From assembly GCF_006345805.1 (NCBI RefSeq), contig NW_021824845.1, positions 1,975 through 65,974 of the forward strand: 64,000 nucleotides of DNA. Direction: 5' to 3'. The translations under genes and the position numbers were made by a program. The notes under the pieces were generated by a model. That model made no database searches, was not told the origin of the DNA, and saw nothing but the letters and a program-made list of their open reading frames with translations. Position 1 is the stretch's first letter. Each line of letters starts with the position of its first letter. This DNA comes from Octopus sinensis. Taxonomy: Eukaryota. Positions 40,446 through 54,753 of the stretch are shown piece after piece.

Positions 40446-41899
40446 AAGAGTCTATATAGTTATATATACATATATACATATATGTATACATACATATATG
40501 AATACATATACATAAGTATATAGAGGTACATATAGCTTTGTAAACTATGGAAAATAATTTGAATGGCTTCATCTTCCATTCTTATGTGTGTGTTTGTGTG
40601 TGCACGTGTGCGTACGTATATAAATATACATGTTTATTGACACACGCATGCATAATGGTATTGACAATTTGCTGCTTTGATAAATATTCTGCAGTGACAC
40701 AAATCATATTTGATCTTTCTGATTCGATAAATCAAAATAAGTGTGATTGTCTTCACAAATTATGCGAGGTTTTCTTACTCGCAACGGCGATCATCAACTT
40801 TCCTACAGCTGCCAACAGCGGAGCTTGTTTCAAAATAATATTAGGTGTTGCTATTCCAGAATGTTTTTTCGAATTTGCAAATTTCATAGAATTTATAATG
40901 AAGTCAAAAGTGACTACTACTACATTATGCACCAGATTTGTCTTCAGCCCAATCAAACAAACGTATAATACCAGTTTCAGTACAGAATATCAGTCAATAG
41001 GAACGTGCCTCATCATCTAATGAAACTATACTGTAATCATCGTACTAATTAGTGTCAGCGTATCCGAAAGGATAGTCACGGTTATAGCGTAAGGACAATT
41101 TTAGAAATGTGAATGTGAGCTACGAAGTTAACATAAATATTTACTCACAATCATATCTCTTGAGTCTTTTTTTCTTTTTTAAGCACCACTACCTTTCTGT
41201 GTGTCTACCTATCTATTTATCTATATATACTATATATTATATATGTATAATATATACTATATATATTATATATATATATATATATGTGTGTGTGGTGTGT
41301 GTGTGTGTATAACAAATTATATATATAATATATAATATAAATATAATATATGTGACGACAGCTAGTGATTCGTCACTCCCGCTTCTTTTACTGCGCGCCC
41401 TGACACCAAGCTAGGCTGTTTCTGCATCTCCCACTTATCTGAGTAGGGAGACGTACTCGTTGATCAATAAGTGGGACCCTGACAATTGCTATTACTTCGG
41501 ATTAAAGTAGACCAGGGAACAACAGTAGATAACAGGTGGTTTCACACCCTCCAAAACACTTGGAACACCAAAAACAAAGCCCCCTCCCTTTCGGATGCAT
41601 TTTTAATGTCATGCTGAGCACATACATATATGCATACACGTACAAACATACAATTACGTGAGATTTTCCATGACGCATAGCTGATCGTGACTTCGTGATC
41701 GTGGTAATTCCCCTATCCTACACACAGCCTGAGTATGCCTATTTGTTTAAAACCATTAGATAACCCAACATACAAGATACCCCTTCTCCATGCCCGATTA
41801 TATCAAAGATAAAGGCAAATATGGTCACCTTGGCATCAATATCAGAATCGATTGAGTTGTTGTCTTCAGAACACAATCAAATGTAACTCGTGCGGAAAG

Positions 41900-42102
41900 A
41901 AACATCGTCTAACATTTTAAGAAGCAATCCCGAATTCGTCTGGAGGCCATGGTTGAAGCCAATGGCAATTTTATTAAATAAATTTACTCGTTAGTATTTC
42001 AATATATTTTTATGTGATTTTGGTAAATATATGTCAAAATGAGATGTCAGTGTTATTTTCATTTTTGAGTAATCTAGACGACAGTTTATTCATCGCACCC
42101 TG
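41900..42102 (+). mobile_element. Tc1/mariner (maT-like) 3' end with TIR
   Basis: RLEAMVEANGNFIK* then attcatcgcaccctg followed by TA. Confidence 0.6.
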
Positions 42103-42135
42103 TATGTATGTATGTATTATATATGTATGTATTAT

Positions 42136-42187
<52 letters not shown>

Positions 42188-42462
42188 GTACTCATACATA
42201 GTTAAATACGAACATAAAAGAGTCAAGAAACATTGGTTCGATTTGAATAAAAATTAGTATCCGATCGATATTGATGAATATATTAGGGAATATAAATGAA
42301 TTATAGTAAATTGCGATAAGGAATTATTAATTTTCAGATTTCATAAACAACTTAAACGGTCCGATTAATTCTCGAAATAAATCACAATATCATCATCGAA
42401 AATTCTATAGTTTAGTGTTCTTTTTATATTCTAATTTTATTGGTGCTAATAATAATAATAAC

Positions 42463-42524
<62 letters not shown>

Positions 42525-43366
42525 TAATCAATATTGGGTTAATAATTTGGTATCTGAGTCTACTGATGTGTAAATAATTCAGGCTGTGATTGGTCAACAC
42601 ACACACACACACGTGTGTGTGAGACTGTGTATGTACATAGATGTAATGGCGATGGTTTTTCGTTTTACAGAAGTTTTGTTTCATTTAAACTAAATTATCA
42701 ATTATTTTATTGTTTTTCTATGCAAAAGTCAAATCGTTTCTGCAAAAATCAAAGTCATTAAATAAATATTGAATCTGTTTACGTTTCGCATTTACTAGAC
42801 TTTGGGGAATGGGCTAAGTCCCGCCCATTCCTACATACACACGCACGCACGCACGCACACACACACACACACACACACATATATGTGTGTGTGTGCCTGA
42901 GTTTGTGTACATATAAATATGTATGAGTGTATACACACACACACACACATGCTTTCGAAAAGGTGGTGGGTTTCAGATCTTATCATTTTGCGTTCAAATA
43001 TAACTTGAATCATCTGTCAAATTGATACAATCGACTGTTCAATTCTCATTCTCTTTCTAGACAACTATATTATTGCAGTTAGTATTAATGCTGTTGTTGT
43101 TGTTATTTAATATACGCAGAACAGGTTAAATTTTTGGAAAAGAAAGTCCTAACATCGGGTGACAGCAAGAAACCTTAGATACCAAGAACACTCTAAGTAT
43201 CCTAGCTGTCCCTAATTGCACTTTTCTGGGGCTGTACTCAACTAGGTTTCATGCTTATTTCCTTTATCCATCTGTTCAAATCTTTTCTTTCGTTTTATGT
43301 TTTCTTTTATGTCTGTGTCACGTCATTCAATATTATTGTATGTGAACCCTTGTGGCTAATAAAAGA

Positions 43367-43401
<35 letters not shown>

Positions 43402-43770
43402 TATTATATATATACACATATGCATATCTATACACACATATGCATATATAATATATATATAATACAAAAATGAGACAAGAACGCACAACATCCAAGACAG
43501 AGAGGTGATACAAAAATGGGACAACGAAACTTCCAGTCTGACGATACAAAGAAAACAAGAACGGATCATTCGGAGTTTTATTTCCTCAGTCGAGTTGAAA
43601 ATTATCTTTGCAATTTCGGCTGGTTATACTCGAGTTTGCTCCAATCTGGCCAGCCCCAAGTAAAAAACTAAGCGAACAGCATTAGATTCCTTGGAAGAAA
43701 GCAGCGAATGTATACGAAAACAAGGACGGAAAAAAGGAGACACACACACACACGTATATATATATAATAT

Positions 43771-43832
<62 letters not shown>

Positions 43833-44491
43833 TATCTGCGGGAATATTTTATTTTCAATCGCATAATAATTATGCGGAATAGCATAAATGGCAAAGAACA
43901 TCCTTATATGGCAGAAAATTTTTTAGCGGCCTTAATGACAAATTTTTCTGCAATATAAGGGTGCCCTGTCCTATTTATGCGATTCAGCATTACTATTATG
44001 CGATCAACAGATGGGATCCAAATGTAGCGCTCGAATGCTTGAAACTTAGACTCCGATGTGTTTACAGGGGATCAATTCCACGGGGTAATGAATGGCTATG
44101 AGAGTGATCGAGTTGAGCAGGGATATAGTTCATCACACTATACAAGCAAATATATATGCCATCTTACATATTATGATGGACACCATCTACCGACATTATG
44201 ATGGATCTCCGAGTCCCCAGAAATGACTGTTGGACTTATAACACCTTTCTTAAACCCTTTTCAATTTTCTGTATCGTTTGTACTCTGTGTAAATTAAACC
44301 TTTTAATATACATATTTATACATTTCTAATTAAATATTCATTGTCCGAAAGTTTTCACTCTTTATTTTCTCTTGTTGTGCATGTATATATATAAACATAT
44401 TTTGCATTTCATACCCAAGATGTTGTAAGTTATATAATATATTTCATTTGCTTATCCGAATAATTGCTTCCCTCCCCTCTCTCAGTATGTA

Positions 44492-44534
<43 letters not shown>

Positions 44535-44538
44535 ATAT

Positions 44539-44743
44539 AGTTAATCCAAACATGAAAACACCAAGAGAAAACACAACTCGAGGACGTGGAACAAATATAG
44601 TATTATTGGACACTCAGGAAGGAAGGCAGAAAGGAGGGTTTTACGTTTCGAGCGGAGCTCTTCGTCAGAAACATAGGAAAAGGAAAGATCCAGAGAAGGG
44701 AAGACGGAGGGAAAAAAATCGTCAACGGTACACACGCGGTCAC
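44539..44743 (-). mobile_element. ~205-bp hammerhead-bearing short element between (TA)n tracts
   Basis: Sharp boundaries against microsatellite. Sequence around the ribozyme resembles 60651-60910 (ttcctgag..aatac..ttgtt). Confidence 0.7.
44638..44672 (-). ncRNA. Minimal type-I hammerhead ribozyme motif
   Basis: Reverse complement reads GTTT-CTGACGA-A-GAGC tcc GCTC-GAAA-CGT-A-AAAC: 4-bp helix I, 4-bp helix II, ACGT palindrome, GUA site. Confidence 0.8.
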
Positions 44744-45189
44744 TTTCTATATATATAGTTATGGTATATTCTGTAAAGAACGTAGTAGAGTACAGTATAA
44801 AGCTTGTCCACCTTTAGATTACACCCTGCGCTATCCAGTATTATACGTACTCCCAGGTTTGTGATTAGGCATCTGTCGGTGTGTGAATAGAAAAATGAAA
44901 AAAAAATGGAATCAGCAAGAAGGAGTACGGTTGGCAGAGTGAATGCTCTTGAAGCCGAGAATTTGAACTTAGGAAGACAATATTTACATATCACCCCAGG
45001 AACACAACTAGATCTCATAATGCAGGGAAAGGGTTGCATAATCAAGTACCTGCACGCCTGGAGAAATACGTTGCGTGGAAACAATTGTAGGGGTTGAAAC
45101 ATAAATGTCCAACCAAACTTCTTGTTGTTGACTCCATTTTTTTCAATTATATATCTCTGTATGTGTATGCCTGTGTTCTGTTATGCTTT

Positions 45190-45460
45190 TATTTGTTTTA
45201 GTAGTTAGACTGCGGGCATGCTGGGGTACTCCAGTGAAGAATTTTAGTCCAATGATTTACTTTAAACCTCGTACTTATTCTATTGATGTCCTTTGCCAAA
45301 CCGCTAGGTTGCGGAGACATATACAAGCCAACACCTGTTACCAAGCAGTGGTAGAGAACAAATACACACACACCACACACACACACGACGAGCTTCTTTG
45401 TTTCCGTCTACTACAAGGCTTTGGTCGGCCGAGATTGAACTCGGAACCTTGTAGTTGGGA
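45190..45460 (-). mobile_element. Degenerate SINE copy
   Basis: Homologous to 3545-3900 and 20090-21600. Confidence 0.65.
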
Positions 45461-45940
45461 ATCATACATATGAGCTTATTTGAAAATACAGAGATACACA
45501 TACACAAAAACAAGTGCACACTTATTCACACACACACACACAGGCAAATCTATGTCTGCGTATATTTGTAAGTGCATAAGTGTGTGTGTGTGTGTGTTCT
45601 ATAGAAAACTCGACAGACAGCGATTCTAATCCTTTTTACTGAAGATTTTTCCGATTTCTTTGGTGGTTCTTTCTATTTCTTTTTGGGGGGAATAATATTG
45701 CTAAGATTAATCTTTCAATGAATTAATCTTTCAATGCCTTTGCTGTCTTATCTTCTGAATGGAATTAAGAAACTTTTATACATCCAAACTAATCATAAAC
45801 ACGCTGATAATTAAAAACGAAGAATCTTTAATTGGAGGACATTGAACGTGAAAATGGCCGTGTATTCAATCGCACACATTACAAGGAAAAACTATTCCCG
45901 TGTATATGTATACATACATACAAAAAAATATATATATACA

Positions 45941-47882
45941 TAATAATAATAATAATAATGTTCGTCCTTCGGTTCGAAGATGACCAACTGACATCATATG
46001 ATGGAACTGTCGCCATGAGACCGGAGGTGGCTGATGAGGCCAATCCGGGCAAGGAAGCCCCTCCCACAGGTGGGGCAGAAGTGGGTAGGGGCCGTGCTAC
46101 TGGTGCAGGCGGCTCTGGCTTTACGCATCTGACGTTTCTGCTCCGCTGACCGAATCCGTCCCTCCTCGGCTGTCCCTGCTCCCACGGTGATTGCGCTGCG
46201 CCAGGATGAGCGGTGGCAGCAAGTGTCTCCCAGGTCTCTGTCCCGATGGAGAAGTCTTTGAGAGAGACCTTGAGACTATCCTTGTAGCGTTCTCTGCCCT
46301 CCGACTTTGCGCCTGCCCTGGCCGAGTTCACCGTAGAAGAGCGTTTTGGGATGCGAGTGTCGGACATGCGGGAGACGTGGCCCGCCATCTCAGCTGGGCC
46401 TTGCGCATGATTGTGATGGTGCTAGGAAGATCTGCCTGCTTCAGAACTTCCGTGTCTGGGACTTTGTCCTGCCAGCGGATGTGAAGGAGGTTCCGAAGAC
46501 ACCTGAGATGGAAGTGGTTTATCTGGCGCTCGTGCTTCGGTAAGCAGTCCACGTCTCGCAGCCGATAGTAGGGTGGTAAGCACGACTGCCCGGTAGACTT
46601 TCAGCTTGGTGTTGAGGCTGATTCCTCTCCGCTCCCAGACTTTCTTGCGCAGTCTCCAAACGCGCTGCTTGCCTTGGAGATTCTGTTGATGGTTTCAGCA
46701 TCTATGTTGGCATGCAGGAGAGAGTGCTGCCCAGGTAGGTGAATTTTTCCACCACTCGTAGGATCCGTCCGTTCACCTTATCTGATGCTCATGGTATTGT
46801 TTGCCGGGGGCTGGCTGAAACATCACTTCGGTTTTCTTGGCACTGATGGTGAGACCGAAGTTGTCACAGGCTGATGAGAACCTGTCCATCTCGAGCTGCA
46901 TCTCCTGCTCATCGATTGCATTAAGGGCGCAGTCGTCGTCAGCAAAGAGAAAGTCTCTGACGACTGTCTCCCTCACCTTTGTGACAGCCTGCAATCTTCT
47001 GGAGTGAAAAGTTTCCCGTCTGTCTGTCGTATTGATGTCGATACTGGACTTGCAGTCCCTAAAGGCGTCGGACAGCATTGCCGAGAACATGATGCTGAAC
47101 AGTTTGGGGCAGGACACAGCCCTGCCTGACTCCGTTGGTCACCTGGAAGGCTTCAGATGAGTTGCCGTCTTCAAGGACTCTGGCTGTCATTCCGTCGTGG
47201 AACTGGCGGACAATTGCAATAAATTTGCTGGGCAACCAAATTTCCCATGACCTTCCATAGTCCCTCCCGACTGACTGTATCAAAGGCCTTGGTGAGGTCA
47301 ACAAAGGTCATGCAGAGGTCAAGGTGCTGCTCCATGCATTTCTCCTGGAGCTGGCGGGCGGCGAATATCATGTCAGTGGTCCCTCGACCCGCGCGGAAGC
47401 CACACTGGCTCTCAGGGAGAAGGCCTTGCTCCAAGTGTTCCAGAAGGCGGTCAAGCAGGACCCGGGCCAGGATCTTGCCTGCTATGGACAAGAGGGAGAT
47501 ACCTCGGTGGTTGTCGCAGGACTGCCGATCTCCTTTCCGCTTATAAATGTGGACGATTGTTGCGTCCCGGAAATCTTGAGGGAGTTGTTCCCTGTCCCAC
47601 ATCGACTGGAACAGGCTGGTGAGCTGACTGATCATGGTGGGGCCGCCCGACTTGAACACCTCTGCAGGGATGGCGTCAGAGCCTGGAGCTTTGCCGGTGG
47701 ACATTTTTTTGATGGCTCTGCTCACTTCCTCGACTGCAGGGGGAACAGCCAACTCGTGGTTTGTCGGCACCTGGGGGAGTCGTGCGATGGCTTCCTCGTG
47801 AAGAAATTCTACGAGGCGCTGAAAGCTGTCTATGGACCGCAGTTCTCCTTTGGATCAACCCCCCTGCTCAGCTCGGATGGAA
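45941..47882 (-). mobile_element. 5'-truncated RTE (BovB-like) LINE with 5' inversion and (ATT)n tail
   Basis: GKAPGSD, DATIVHIYKRKGD..NHRGISLLS, PESQCGFR, FVDLTKAFDTV, FLFADDDCAL, C-terminal CPTCGRGFLARIGLISHLRSH, and a (taa)n tail at 45941-45959. Confidence 0.93.
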
Positions 47883-48399
47883 TATATACATACGTGTGTG
47901 AGTGTATACATATATGGGTATATATATATACACATATATACATGCATACATATGTATGTATGTATGTATGTTTGTATGCATGCATGTATACAGACATACA
48001 TTACATGCAAGTATATGCGCAGGCGTCGCTTTGTTGTTAATAATTTGGTTTCGTAGCCATATGATTCTGACTTCGATTCAACCGCATTGTACCTTGAGGA
48101 AGTGTCTTCTTCGATAACCTAGGAAAAACCTTGGGCGTGTGTATGCGCTTTTGTGTGTTTATTTCTTTGTTTGACGTCATTTGAACGCCATAATAGTACG
48201 TAATACTTTCACAACTTTTTAAGTAAGGTTGGTGACTGTTATGCCTTCACCTATGCTTATTCACCATTTCGGGTCTCCTGGTCAAGAAATATCATACTTT
48301 ATGACTGTTATGTGTTGAAACGACGGGTGCACGGCTCGCGAATGGTAGTCAACTCTGTCGCTATAAATAGATGCTTCCTTAGCCTTTTCTGGAGTTCCA

Positions 48400-48650
48400 T
48401 TAAAATTTGACATGTCTGTTACATCTATAGAATATGGATCACAAATTTCGACACAAGGCCAGCAATTTTGGGGAAGGATGTACGTCGATTGTTTCGACCC
48501 TAGTTCTCAAGTAGTCCTTACTTTATCAACCCCGAAAGGATGGAAGGTAAAGTCGATGTCAGCGGAATTTGAATTCAGAACACGAAGACGGACAAAACGC
48601 CGCGAACCATTTTGCTCGGCGTGTTAATGATTCTGTCAGCTCACCGCCAA
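48400..48650 (-). mobile_element. tRNA-derived SINE (same family as 6740-7985)
   Basis: cgaaaggatggaaggtaaagtcga..ggaatttgaattcagaac..ctcaccgcc. Confidence 0.7.
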
Positions 48651-48984
48651 ATCTGTAGACTATTATGAACTGGTAACGGCACAAAATTATCCATTGTGGC
48701 AACACAGTCGTCTTCTTGTTAGATAACACTATGGCATGTTCTTATACGTGCATTTTCTCATAAACACAACCAACAACATCGTGCTCCGAATAAGAAAATA
48801 TTACAGAGAACATTCCATGTGAAAACTAGACGAATGATTTTCAAATGCTACGATGGTTTGTTGAAAAGGGACAGGAAGTTGGAGTTTTACTCGCCTTCCG
48901 ACTTGAAGGAGTGAAGATGTTACACGAATATTCTTTAGAAAGTTACATTTCAGTAAAACAAGGAAGCGGTGTAATGGTACTCTT

Positions 48985-50666
48985 TTGGTTGACAATCGGT
49001 GGGTCGTACCCCACAACAAGGTGCTCTGAAAAAACATTTCATGCACACATCAATATAGAATTCTGTAATTGTGTGAAATCTATACCTTGCGTTTTAAGTG
49101 CAATACCAAAGTATCGGACAGAATCATTTTTCAAATAAAATCTACACGATCAACAGATGTTTCTTACAAGCAATTGATACCATAATGAGAGACCTTAGAT
49201 CGAACAACATCTTTGGAGGTGCGACTCTACTCCTTGCAGGAGATTTTCAACAGACTGTCTATTATACTCAAAGAAACACACACTGATGACCTTAATTCCT
49301 ACCTTAAAAATCCTTCCTTTGGTCGCATGTCCAATCGAAACAAATCACCAACAACATGAGATCACTCCTACAACCCTGTTTTCGGAAATGCTCCTTAAGA
49401 TCGGCATTAGACAAATTACGTTCGAAGACAACGGATCTCCAGCCCTGATGACTTATGGTCTGCCGTTTACCCAAATCTTACGACGGAATACATAAAACCA
49501 AATTGGCTTCGCGGCAGGTCTGTTCTTGCACCTACAAATTCAGCTGTCTACACTCTTAACTACAAATTCTACCTTCTCAAGAACATTGTTACAGATCAGT
49601 TGACATCGTTACCGACCTCGATCAGGTTACATACTTTCTCAAATCCCACGATCCTCCAGGACTCCCTCCCCGTGAACTTTACTTAAAAGTCGGTTACCGT
49701 GACATCCTCCTACGCAATCTAAACGCACCCACACTGTGCAATGGAACTCGCCATGTGGTCAAACAAATGATGGACCACGTCATTGAGGCCCAAATTATCA
49801 CAGGACACGGCAAAAACGAGACCGTTTTCATTCCGAAAATTCCACTAACCCCAACAGACTGCTCCTACCCTATGCAGAGACTTCAGTTTCCTCTCAAACT
49901 CAGCTTCGCCATCACAATTAACAAAGCACAAGGTCTGTCACTGAAAGTTTTCGGATTGGACCTTCGAACGTTGTGCTTTTCAACATGGGCAGTTCTACAT
50001 CGGTTGTTCCAGAGTTGACCATCCAGACAACTTATTCATCTATACTCCTGAAGGAAAAACTAAAAGTGTCGTCAACAAAGTAGCCATACCGTAGTTATTC
50101 CTCAATTGCATTCTTCACATCTACGCCAAACTGTAGCCCTTAGCAATCAGACTTCCTGCAAGCATTTCATTGATATTTTGCTTCATTTCCCTGATTACTG
50201 TTAACCGTACATTTACCTTCAATGACCCTTCTTACTTCACGCACGCTGTTCGCTCATAAGCATGCTCTGACATTTATTTTTGTATATGCCCTTATTTTAT
50301 TTGTGTGTTTGCTATAAATGTTTGCTTTTCTTTATCACACATGGCTTTCATTGAAGAAAAATTTCAAAGCGGTTGAAAAATAAGCACACGATACACGATA
50401 CAAAAAGCTTCAACGTCTACGGCAATTGCGACATTTTTCGTGGATTTTCATTGACTACTAACTGCCAAATCTGTGTTCAAAATAAAAATTATTCATTTCT
50501 AAAGTTGCTTAATACAATATCATAAACTGCTAACGAAAATGGTAATTATACATTTTACGCTTCTCAGCTTGAGACGACTTCCAACTGCGGGTTAATTCAC
50601 CATTCAACTTAAACCGTCCACAGGAGTAGACCATTATAATAAATTACACCGACGGGGTATTTGCTA

Positions 50667-50667
<1 letters not shown>
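48985..50667 (+). mobile_element. Helitron deletion derivative (Rep remnant, PIF1 helicase remnant, 3' CTAG end)
   Basis: VDNRWVVPHN..FHAHINIEFCNCVKSI (Rep), FGGATLLLAGDFQQT, LRNLNAPTLCNGTR, QFPLKLSFAITINKAQGLSL (helicase). Ends ccgacggggtatttgCTAG followed by T at 50667-68. Confidence 0.9.
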
Positions 50668-50703
<36 letters not shown>

Positions 50704-50704
50704 C

Positions 50705-51170
50705 TTGCTTCAATCATTTGCTGCGGCCATCTTTGTAAGCCTAGTACTTATTCTATCGGTTCTTTTGACGAACCGCTAGGCTACGGAGTCGTGAACACAG
50801 CAACATCAATTGTCAAGTGATGATGGAATGACAAACACAGACACACATATATACGACGGGCTTCTTTCATTTTTCATCGACCAATTCCGTTCACAAGGAT
50901 TTGGATGCCTCGAGGCCATAGTAGAAAATTTTGCCAAATGTGGCATGCAATGGGACAGAAAGAAGCTCCTTACTAAACAACCATCTTTGCGCCTAATATA
51001 TTTGTTATATGTTATACGTGCGAAGAGCTTCCAAATATTTTCTGTCGACCAAATCCCACCAACAAGACTTTGGTCAGCCCAAGGCCATTGTAGAAAAAAC
51101 TTGGCCAATTTACAACACAGTAAGACTGAACCCGCAATCAAGGGGTTCTGAAGCAAACTTCTTACCACAC
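50705..51170 (-). mobile_element. SINE copy with an additional head-like segment
   Basis: tcatttgctgcggccat..ttattctatcggt..acgacgggcttctttc plus two ccaaatcc..caag..ttggtc blocks. Confidence 0.65.
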
Positions 51171-51625
51171 AGGTAAAGGTTCACTGTATTTTGTTTTGTT
51201 TTGTTTTTTTCGCAATCTACAATAAAGACTAGCATAGGCAGACTCTTGCACAATTCAATTAGGAACAGAATCAATTACAGTGAACAAAATAAAAAAAATT
51301 AATTTAAAATAAGGTCAAACCTTAAGGATACTTGGAGACAAACCGAAAAAGGGTTTGTATCTAAGATAGCAGAATGGAAACAGATATATGAGTAGATGCA
51401 TAGATAAAAAATATAATCACACATTTCTGAGAATAAAAATACCACGTGACATCTAATAATTTAATTATAACCAAAAATAATAACTTTCTAAAAATTGTAC
51501 AGGTATTTCGTTTCTATTTCATTTTAAAATCAATTGAGAAAGTTTCAAGACATATGCACTTTTATAAATATTTTTTACACATTACACACACACACATAGG
51601 TACACACATATATATATATATATAC

Positions 51626-51662
<37 letters not shown>

Positions 51663-51857
51663 TATATGTACATATATTTGTGTATATATATACATACATA
51701 CATACATATATATATATATATATGTAGATATACATACGTAAATACATACATATATACATACGTACATACATATATATAACATACGTATATATATATATTG
51801 ATACACCCCTTTATAAATATACTTAAACATATATATGCATATATATGAATATATACT

Positions 51858-51888
<31 letters not shown>

Positions 51889-51987
51889 ATATATATATGA
51901 ACATATGTGCATACGCACATACGTACACTTATATATGTGTGTGTGTGTTTACAAAGATACATATATAGATATATTCTTACATGTATG

Positions 51988-52062
<75 letters not shown>

Positions 52063-52125
52063 TGTGTGTGTGTGTGTGTGTTTACAAAGGTACATATATA
52101 AATATATTCGTACATATATGCATGC

Positions 52126-52160
<35 letters not shown>

Positions 52161-52293
52161 ATATATATATATATATACATACACTCTTTGCATGGGCTTG
52201 TGTGTGGTCATATATGTTTGTTCGTGTGCTTATACATACGCATACTCGGGTAGATAGACAGGTAGATAGATGGATAGACAGACAGACAGATAA

Positions 52294-52378
<85 letters not shown>

Positions 52379-52852
52379 CAGATAAATAAACAGGTAGATA
52401 GATAGTCAGGTAGACATGTAGATAGAAAGACAAACAGACAGACAATCAGGTAGTCAGGCAGACTGACAGACAGATAAATAAGCTGTATATGGTGAACGTG
52501 CGAATGCATTCGTTCCCAGTTTGATGTATAAGTGTTAGAAAAAGGAAGAGAACGACTTAGCATGCGTGAATGTGCTTGAATACATATAAACAGATACGTG
52601 AGTGCATCTGTGTATATGCGTGTGTGTGTGAGCGTACGCCTGCATGTATGCCAGTGTACGTATATGCGCGTTTAAGTGAATTACAAAATTCGATTCACTT
52701 TTGGCCAATGCTTCGAATAGACAAAAACTGTTGGAAAGCGTATTCTTTATTACGCGGTCCTTCATCAAGCTGTGAAGGTTTCGAAATTACATCATTTAAC
52801 AATGGTGTACGATGTTCCTCTCCCTCCACTTTTATTTGGCCATTAGTTGCCA

Positions 52853-52892
<40 letters not shown>

Positions 52893-52894
52893 TC

Positions 52895-52927
<33 letters not shown>

Positions 52928-53019
52928 TATATACATATATCTATATATATATATATATATATAGTATATATATATATACATATATATATATATACATATA
53001 CATATACAGGATTCGAATA

Positions 53020-53100
53020 ATCCTATCAGGTGGTGCTATTAAGTTAGACATGGCCTGGACCAATCTCTGGTCGAAACATATCTAAGTTTATCTAAGTTTA
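53020..53100 (+). mobile_element. Isolated CR1 3' tail
   Basis: caggtggtgctattaagttagacat is identical to the reverse complement of 31866-31890. Confidence 0.7.
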
Positions 53101-53883
53101 TATATATACATATACATATATACATATACATATATATATATACATATATACATATACATATATACATATACATATATACATATACATATATACATATACA
53201 TATATACATATACATATATACATATAGATATATACATATACATATATACATATAGATATATACATATACATATATACATATAGATATATACATATACATA
53301 TATACATATACATATATACATATACATATATACATATACATATGTACATATACATATATACATATACATATATAAATATATATACATATACATATATACA
53401 TATACATATATAAATATATATACATATACACACATATATACATATATACATATACATATATACATATACATATATAAATATATATACATATACATATATA
53501 CATATACATATATAAATATATATACATATACACATATATATACATATATACATATACATATATAAATATATATACATATATACATATACATATATAAATA
53601 TACATATATAAATATATATACATATATACATATACATATATAAATATATATATACATATATACATATACATATATAAATATATATATACATATATACATA
53701 TACATATATAAATATATATATACATATATACATATACATATATAATATATATTAACATATATACATATACATATAAAAATTATATATACATATATACATA
53801 TATACCATATATAATATATATATACATATATAAATTATATATATATACATATACATATATAAATATATATATATACATATAAC

Positions 53884-53920
<37 letters not shown>

Positions 53921-54569
53921 CGTATACATATATACATATACATATATATATAGACATATACATATATACATATGCATATATATACATATACACATATATA
54001 TATACATATACATATATATACATATACATATATACATATATATACATATATACATATATATATATACATATATATATACATATACATATATACATATATA
54101 TACATATATATATATACATATATATATACATATACATATATATATATACATATACATATATATATACATATATACATATATATATATACATATATACATA
54201 TATATATACTTATACATATATACATATATACATATATATATATATATACACATATACATATATATACATATACATATATATATATACACATATACATATA
54301 TATACATATACATATATATATATACACATATACATATATATACATATACATATATACATATATATACATACATATATACATATATATACATACATATATA
54401 CATATATATACATACATATATACATATATATACATACATATATACATATATATACATATATATATACATATACATATATATATATATATAATCTTATATA
54501 TATATATATACATATATACATATATATACATACATAATACATATATATACATATATATATTACAGATAC

Positions 54570-54621
<52 letters not shown>

Positions 54622-54722
54622 TATACTATACATAATTATATATATATATACATATACATATATATATATATACATAATATATACATACATATATATATAT
54701 ATACATATATATATACATGTAC

Positions 54723-54753
<31 letters not shown>

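Noticed and set aside
52815-52850. Minus-strand ATAAAAGTGGAGGG resembling the 3' half of a twister ribozyme
   Set aside because: The 5' half (UAA, P2, P4 and pseudoknot partners) is absent.
53040-53085. Hairpin plus GAAACATATC resembling half a hammerhead
   Set aside because: There is no CUGANGA. It is better explained as the CR1 3'-tail stem-loop.
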